From NCBI GenBank assembly GCA_048886685.1, contig JBHLKM010000040.1, positions 1-10,935 on the forward strand: a stretch of 10,935 nucleotides of DNA, read 5' to 3'. The DNA comes from Candidatus Hodarchaeota archaeon (lineage in GTDB: Archaea; Asgardarchaeota; Lokiarchaeia; Sigyniarchaeales; SOKP01). Positions 7,583 through 10,935 of this stretch are shown here, piece after piece. The first letter of the stretch is position 1. Each line of letters begins with the position of its first letter. The notes beneath the pieces are model-generated. The model did no database searches and was not told the origin of the DNA. It saw only the letters and a program-made list of their open reading frames with translations. The position numbers and the translations under genes are program-made.

Positions 7583-8245
7583 TTAAGACTTTTTAAGCCA
7601 AGGACAAGACAAAAGACATAACAAACATCCATTATCTCCTAAACAAGACTTAATATCTAAAACATCCTCTCTACATGAGGGATGATCGTCAAAGGCGACA
7701 AAAGTAAGTGCGTTTTGAGGACATGCTTCTATACATTTTCGGCAATTACCACATATATTTTTAATTACTTGATTAGTTTGAAGTGGTAGGTCTGTCAAAA
7801 TTGCAATTAAACGATGTAAAGGACCATAATCTGGAGAAATAATTAATAGAGACCTACCTTGCCAACCTAAACCCGCTGTTTTTGCCAAGAGTTTTAGAGA
7901 CATAAATCCTTTCCGATTAATAGGATCAAATTCGTCTTCAGTATGAATAATCAGTTGCCTATAACCCTTATCTTCTAAGTATTCCATTATAGACAATGCA
8001 GCTTCTTCTAAAAATAATGCGGTCTTACCTCCAGAGGCTTTTTTGCCTAATTTTCCATATTGAGCGCCTAATACAATGGCATATGGAAACATATTTATGA
8101 ATTTTTTCAAGTCTGTGGGAATTCCTGTTTCCATTGCAGTTAATAATTTCATATCTCCAATACCATATATATCAATTTCTAGGTTTTTAATATATTTCCT
8201 AAGATTTTCTGTTTCTAATATCTCTTGATCCTCCATTTTTTGCAA
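7583..8245 (-). CDS. Epoxyqueuosine reductase / reductive dehalogenase-like 2x[4Fe-4S] protein
   Basis: SLKLLAKTAGLGWQGRSLLIISPDYGPLHRLIAILTDLPL followed by CGNCRKCIEACP and C..CLLCLLSCP. Start is TTG 8245 or ATG 8236. Confidence 0.85.
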   Translation of the reverse strand: MQKMEDQEILETENLRKYIKNLEIDIYGIGDMKLLTAMETGIPTDLKKFINMFPYAIVLGAQYGKLGKKASGGKTALFLEEAALSIMEYLEDKGYRQLIIHTEDEFDPINRKGFMSLKLLAKTAGLGWQGRSLLIISPDYGPLHRLIAILTDLPLQTNQVIKNICGNCRKCIEACPQNALTFVAFDDHPSCREDVLDIKSCLGDNGCLLCLLSCPWLKKS

Positions 8246-8321
8246 CTTTTTTTCATTTTTTATTAGGTATAAATATATCCCTCTATAAATATAAAATAAA
8301 AATTAAAAAATTATTATTTAG

Positions 8322-8576
8322 TTATTCTTTACCACGAACCAATTTAACGAGAAAAATAATTAGAAAAATTGCTCCGACAGTAACACATATAATCGGAATC
8401 ACCTCAGTAACAACTCCGATGATTAATCCTTCTGGTGTACTAATAGAATCTATAAAATCCTGCCAACTCAAAATATCGGGGTAATGCCAGTCTAATAATG
8501 GAGGTAGTACAAACATAGTTATTATAAAAACAATAATTAATATTATTCCAATGATAAATGCTGTCCATTTTTTCAT
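8322..8576 (-). CDS. Small hypothetical membrane protein (84 aa, 2 predicted TM helices)
   Basis: ATG sits 1 nt after the permease stop. Two long hydrophobic segments flank an acidic loop, with basic termini. Confidence 0.8.
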   Translation of the reverse strand: MKKWTAFIIGIILIIVFIITMFVLPPLLDWHYPDILSWQDFIDSISTPEGLIIGVVTEVIPIICVTVGAIFLIIFLVKLVRGKE

Positions 8577-8577
8577 A

Positions 8578-9342
8578 TTAATCTACCTTCCTATCATATA
8601 ATTTTACACCAATAATATATATTACTAAGGTGATAACTGCTATTACTAGAAGGTCAATCCATATAAATATATCCGTTAAGGTACCTCCATAGAAAATTCG
8701 GTATATGCCTTCAGTCACATATTGACTTGGCATGGCATACCCTATTACTCTCATTGATTCACCCATGTATATGAATGATCCAAACAACTGTTGTGGTACA
8801 ATAAAGATAAAAGCTAAACTAGCTGCAGCTCTAGCATCTTTGGCAATAGTAGCAATAACCAATCCAAGCCCTACTGAGCAAAAACTCATAAAGATCATAA
8901 ATACAAATACCATTATTACCCTCTCAACAGTAAGTAGCGGATTAAAACCCATGAGAAGCGCAGTTATCAATATTATAGCGGTTTGAAGGATTGGTATAAT
9001 TGTATATGCTAACATTTGACCTAATATTACCTCTCCAGAGGCTATTGGAGTTGTTTTCATTCTTCTCTGCACTCCAGTATCTCGGTCTCCAGTGACAGCT
9101 GATGCGAAAGTAAATACTATTAAGATTCCTGCGTAAGCAAATAATCCTGGTACCATGTGTTCAAAAATGCTTCTTGGATTCCCATAGGCATCAGGTCCCC
9201 ATTCATATACATTACCCAGCGCAAATCCTAATATTATTACTAGCAACGCAACAAAAAATAGCGAGAAAACCAGATACATCGGTGTTCTTATCATTTTCTT
9301 CATTTCCATCTTAAAAACAGATAGAATCCTTTGTCCTTTCAT
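8578..9342 (-). CDS. ABC-2 type exporter permease
   Basis: FKMEMKKMIR N-terminus, MVPGLFAY, DRDTGVQRRMKTTP, six hydrophobic segments; directly downstream of the ATPase. Confidence 0.92.
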   Translation of the reverse strand: MKGQRILSVFKMEMKKMIRTPMYLVFSLFFVALLVIILGFALGNVYEWGPDAYGNPRSIFEHMVPGLFAYAGILIVFTFASAVTGDRDTGVQRRMKTTPIASGEVILGQMLAYTIIPILQTAIILITALLMGFNPLLTVERVIMVFVFMIFMSFCSVGLGLVIATIAKDARAAASLAFIFIVPQQLFGSFIYMGESMRVIGYAMPSQYVTEGIYRIFYGGTLTDIFIWIDLLVIAVITLVIYIIGVKLYDRKVD

Positions 9343-9344
9343 TA

Positions 9345-10169
9345 TTAAATCCCCTCCAAAATTCTTCTTCCGGTCATTTTCAAGAAAACTTCCTCCAAAT
9401 TATTAGCCCCGTGTTCTTCCATTAATTTTTTAGGAGGTCCCAACGCTACTAGCTTCCCATAATCAATAATCGCAACTCTATCGCAGAGGGCTTCAGCTTC
9501 TTCGATATAATGGGTTGTCAAGATGATGGTTCTATTTTCATCTTTTATATTACCAATAAATTCCCATGTTTTTCGTCGGACTCGAGGGTCCATTCCAACT
9601 GTTGGCTCATCTAAAAAGAGAATCTTAGGCTCGTTTATTAACGCAACTAATAAATTTAATTGCCTCTTCATTCCTCCACTATATCCTTTTGCTTTCCGCT
9701 TACTAGCTTCATATAAATCTAATACCTTTAGCAATTCTTCTGCTCGCTCATTTATTCTTTCTTTTGACATCAGGTGCATGTTCCCGAAATACTCAATATT
9801 CTCTCTACCTGTAAGAAATGGAAATACTGCCGCTTCTTGAGGGCATACACTAATTAATTCCTTAATCTCATTAAGATTCTTCCTTACATCATAACCTCCA
9901 ACTATAGCATTACCTTCTGTTGGTTTTAATAATCCACATAGCATATTTATTGTAGTTGTTTTTCCTGCTCCATTAGGTCCCAAAAGACCAAATAATTCTC
10001 CTTTTTTTACCTGAAATGATATTCCATCAACAGCCTTAACATCCTCATAACGATTTTTCCCTATAAAATATTTCTTTAAATCCTTAACTTCAATGGCGTG
10101 TGAATCATTGGATTTAAATTTTAATTCATTGCTTTTTGATTTTAATTCTGGCATTTTTTCGATAACCAA
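9345..10169 (-). CDS. ABC exporter ATP-binding protein (DrrA/CcmA-like)
   Basis: Walker A GPNGAGKT, signature YSGGMKR, Walker B ILFLDEPTVGMD, TTHYIEEAE. Start is TTG 10169 or ATG 10154. Confidence 0.95.
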   Translation of the reverse strand: MVIEKMPELKSKSNELKFKSNDSHAIEVKDLKKYFIGKNRYEDVKAVDGISFQVKKGELFGLLGPNGAGKTTTINMLCGLLKPTEGNAIVGGYDVRKNLNEIKELISVCPQEAAVFPFLTGRENIEYFGNMHLMSKERINERAEELLKVLDLYEASKRKAKGYSGGMKRQLNLLVALINEPKILFLDEPTVGMDPRVRRKTWEFIGNIKDENRTIILTTHYIEEAEALCDRVAIIDYGKLVALGPPKKLMEEHGANNLEEVFLKMTGRRILEGI

Positions 10170-10200
10170 TTTTTTTCAGATTAAATTTTGTTTTTGATTA

Positions 10201-10215
10201 TATTTAAAGTTTTAA
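10201..10215 (-). promoter_or_regulatory. Putative BRE-TATA promoter of ABC operon
   Basis: Minus strand reads taaaac-TTTAAATA, ending ~31 nt before TTG 10169. Confidence 0.5.
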
Positions 10216-10229
10216 TTATTAATTATAAG

Positions 10230-10811
10230 TCAGATTATGACTCTAATAAGAGCATGTTTACTATTTGTGAAAAATTTTAATTTAGCGAGCTGTATTCCAA
10301 TAGAGCCAATACTTCCAGAAGCTCCTATGATAAGCATTTTTTGCCCTTTCTTGATATTTGCTTCTCTTAGATAATGCATTGCCTCAAGCCCTCCTACTGG
10401 GATTGTAGCGGCTTCTTCATATATCATATTATTAGGTTTAATTAATAAAATCTCACTTTCGCGCAGGCATACATACTCAGCATAAGCACCAAAATGAAAA
10501 CTGGTAGTTCCAAAAACGAGGTCATCTTTCTTAAAAAGTTTTACATCACTATCTACTTATTCTGTTTCCCCGGCTAGTTCCTGTCCTAATATAGAGAAGT
10601 TCTTTCTTGGGCCTCTGAAACTTATTTCTAGTCGCATCATGACTTTTAACCAACCAGAGAATTTGAGAATTCTCATCTCGCAATCCCCCATCGTTACTGT
10701 TACGGCGTGTATCTTAATTAAATCCTCATTATCTTTGGGAATTGGTCTCTCTACCTCCTGGAGCTGAAGAACATCAGGAGGACCGTATTTTGTACATATA
10801 ATTGCTTTCAT
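10230..10811 (-). pseudogene. MDR-family NAD(P)-dependent alcohol dehydrogenase/quinone reductase pseudogene
   Basis: [26 protein letters not shown]...[27 protein letters not shown]...GAYAEYVCL...EEAATIPVGGLEA...IIGASGSIGSIGIQLAK. The frame is continuous across TAA 10559-10557. Homology ends just after the Rossmann motif, so the C-terminal part is missing. Confidence 0.88.
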
Positions 10812-10859
10812 AACATTCTCTTTAACCTTATCTACCATTACTTTTTTCACTCATTTTAT

Positions 10860-10935
10860 TTATTCTTCCATATATATTACTATTTTTCCTTTGTGGTGCC
10901 CTTCTTCGAAATACTTGAATGCTTCAGGAACTTTA
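10860..10935 (-). CDS. C-terminal fragment of another MDR-family dehydrogenase (5' part outside window)
   Basis: Minus-strand translation KVPEAFKYFEEGHHKGKIVIYMEE* matches the typical MDR C-terminus (EA.rY.e.G...GKiVi). Stop at 10862-10860. Confidence 0.75.
   Translation of the reverse strand, partial: KVPEAFKYFEEGHHKGKIVIYMEE

Noticed and set aside
1552-9840. Other short antisense ORFs (1552, 1977, 3397, 4702, 5072, 5751, 6218, 7014, 8732, 9523)
   Set aside because: All lie opposite well-supported genes and show no recognisable motifs.
10557-10559. Second intron or recoding event at the MDR internal stop
   Set aside because: No extra sequence relative to the family pattern. It is a single-codon substitution in a gene that is also truncated.

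Overview
AT-rich prokaryotic window, most likely archaeal. It shows BRE/TATA-type promoters, GGTGA-type ribosome-binding sites and oligo-T terminators. Gene mix and composition resemble Lokiarchaeia/Asgard genomes, but that taxonomy is inference only. Gene order: M20D/AbgB-like amidohydrolase (-, runs off the left edge, absent from the ORF track), AAC(3)/YokD-family acetyltransferase (-), acetoacetate-CoA ligase (+), EFR1-type flavodoxin-ferredoxin (-), beta-lactamase-like serine hydrolase (+), DUF4386-like membrane protein (-), QueG/reductive-dehalogenase-like Fe-S protein (-), ABC-2 exporter operon with a small coupled membrane protein (-), a decayed MDR dehydrogenase pseudogene (-) and the tail of a second MDR gene (-). 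Main finding: the acetoacetate-CoA ligase, shown as two ORFs, is one gene interrupted by a 30-nt stop-containing insert. The insert folds with its flanks into a bulge-helix-bulge motif, and cutting at the canonical positions (3421/3422 and 3451/3452) exactly restores the conserved WMMWNW motif. This makes it a candidate tRNA-type intron in a metabolic mRNA. Secondary findings are non-canonical ATT/CTG starts at a fixed GTGA-N6 spacing in three genes, a 36-bp direct repeat bracketing the AAC(3) gene, and a recurring intergenic ACCTA(A)n motif.
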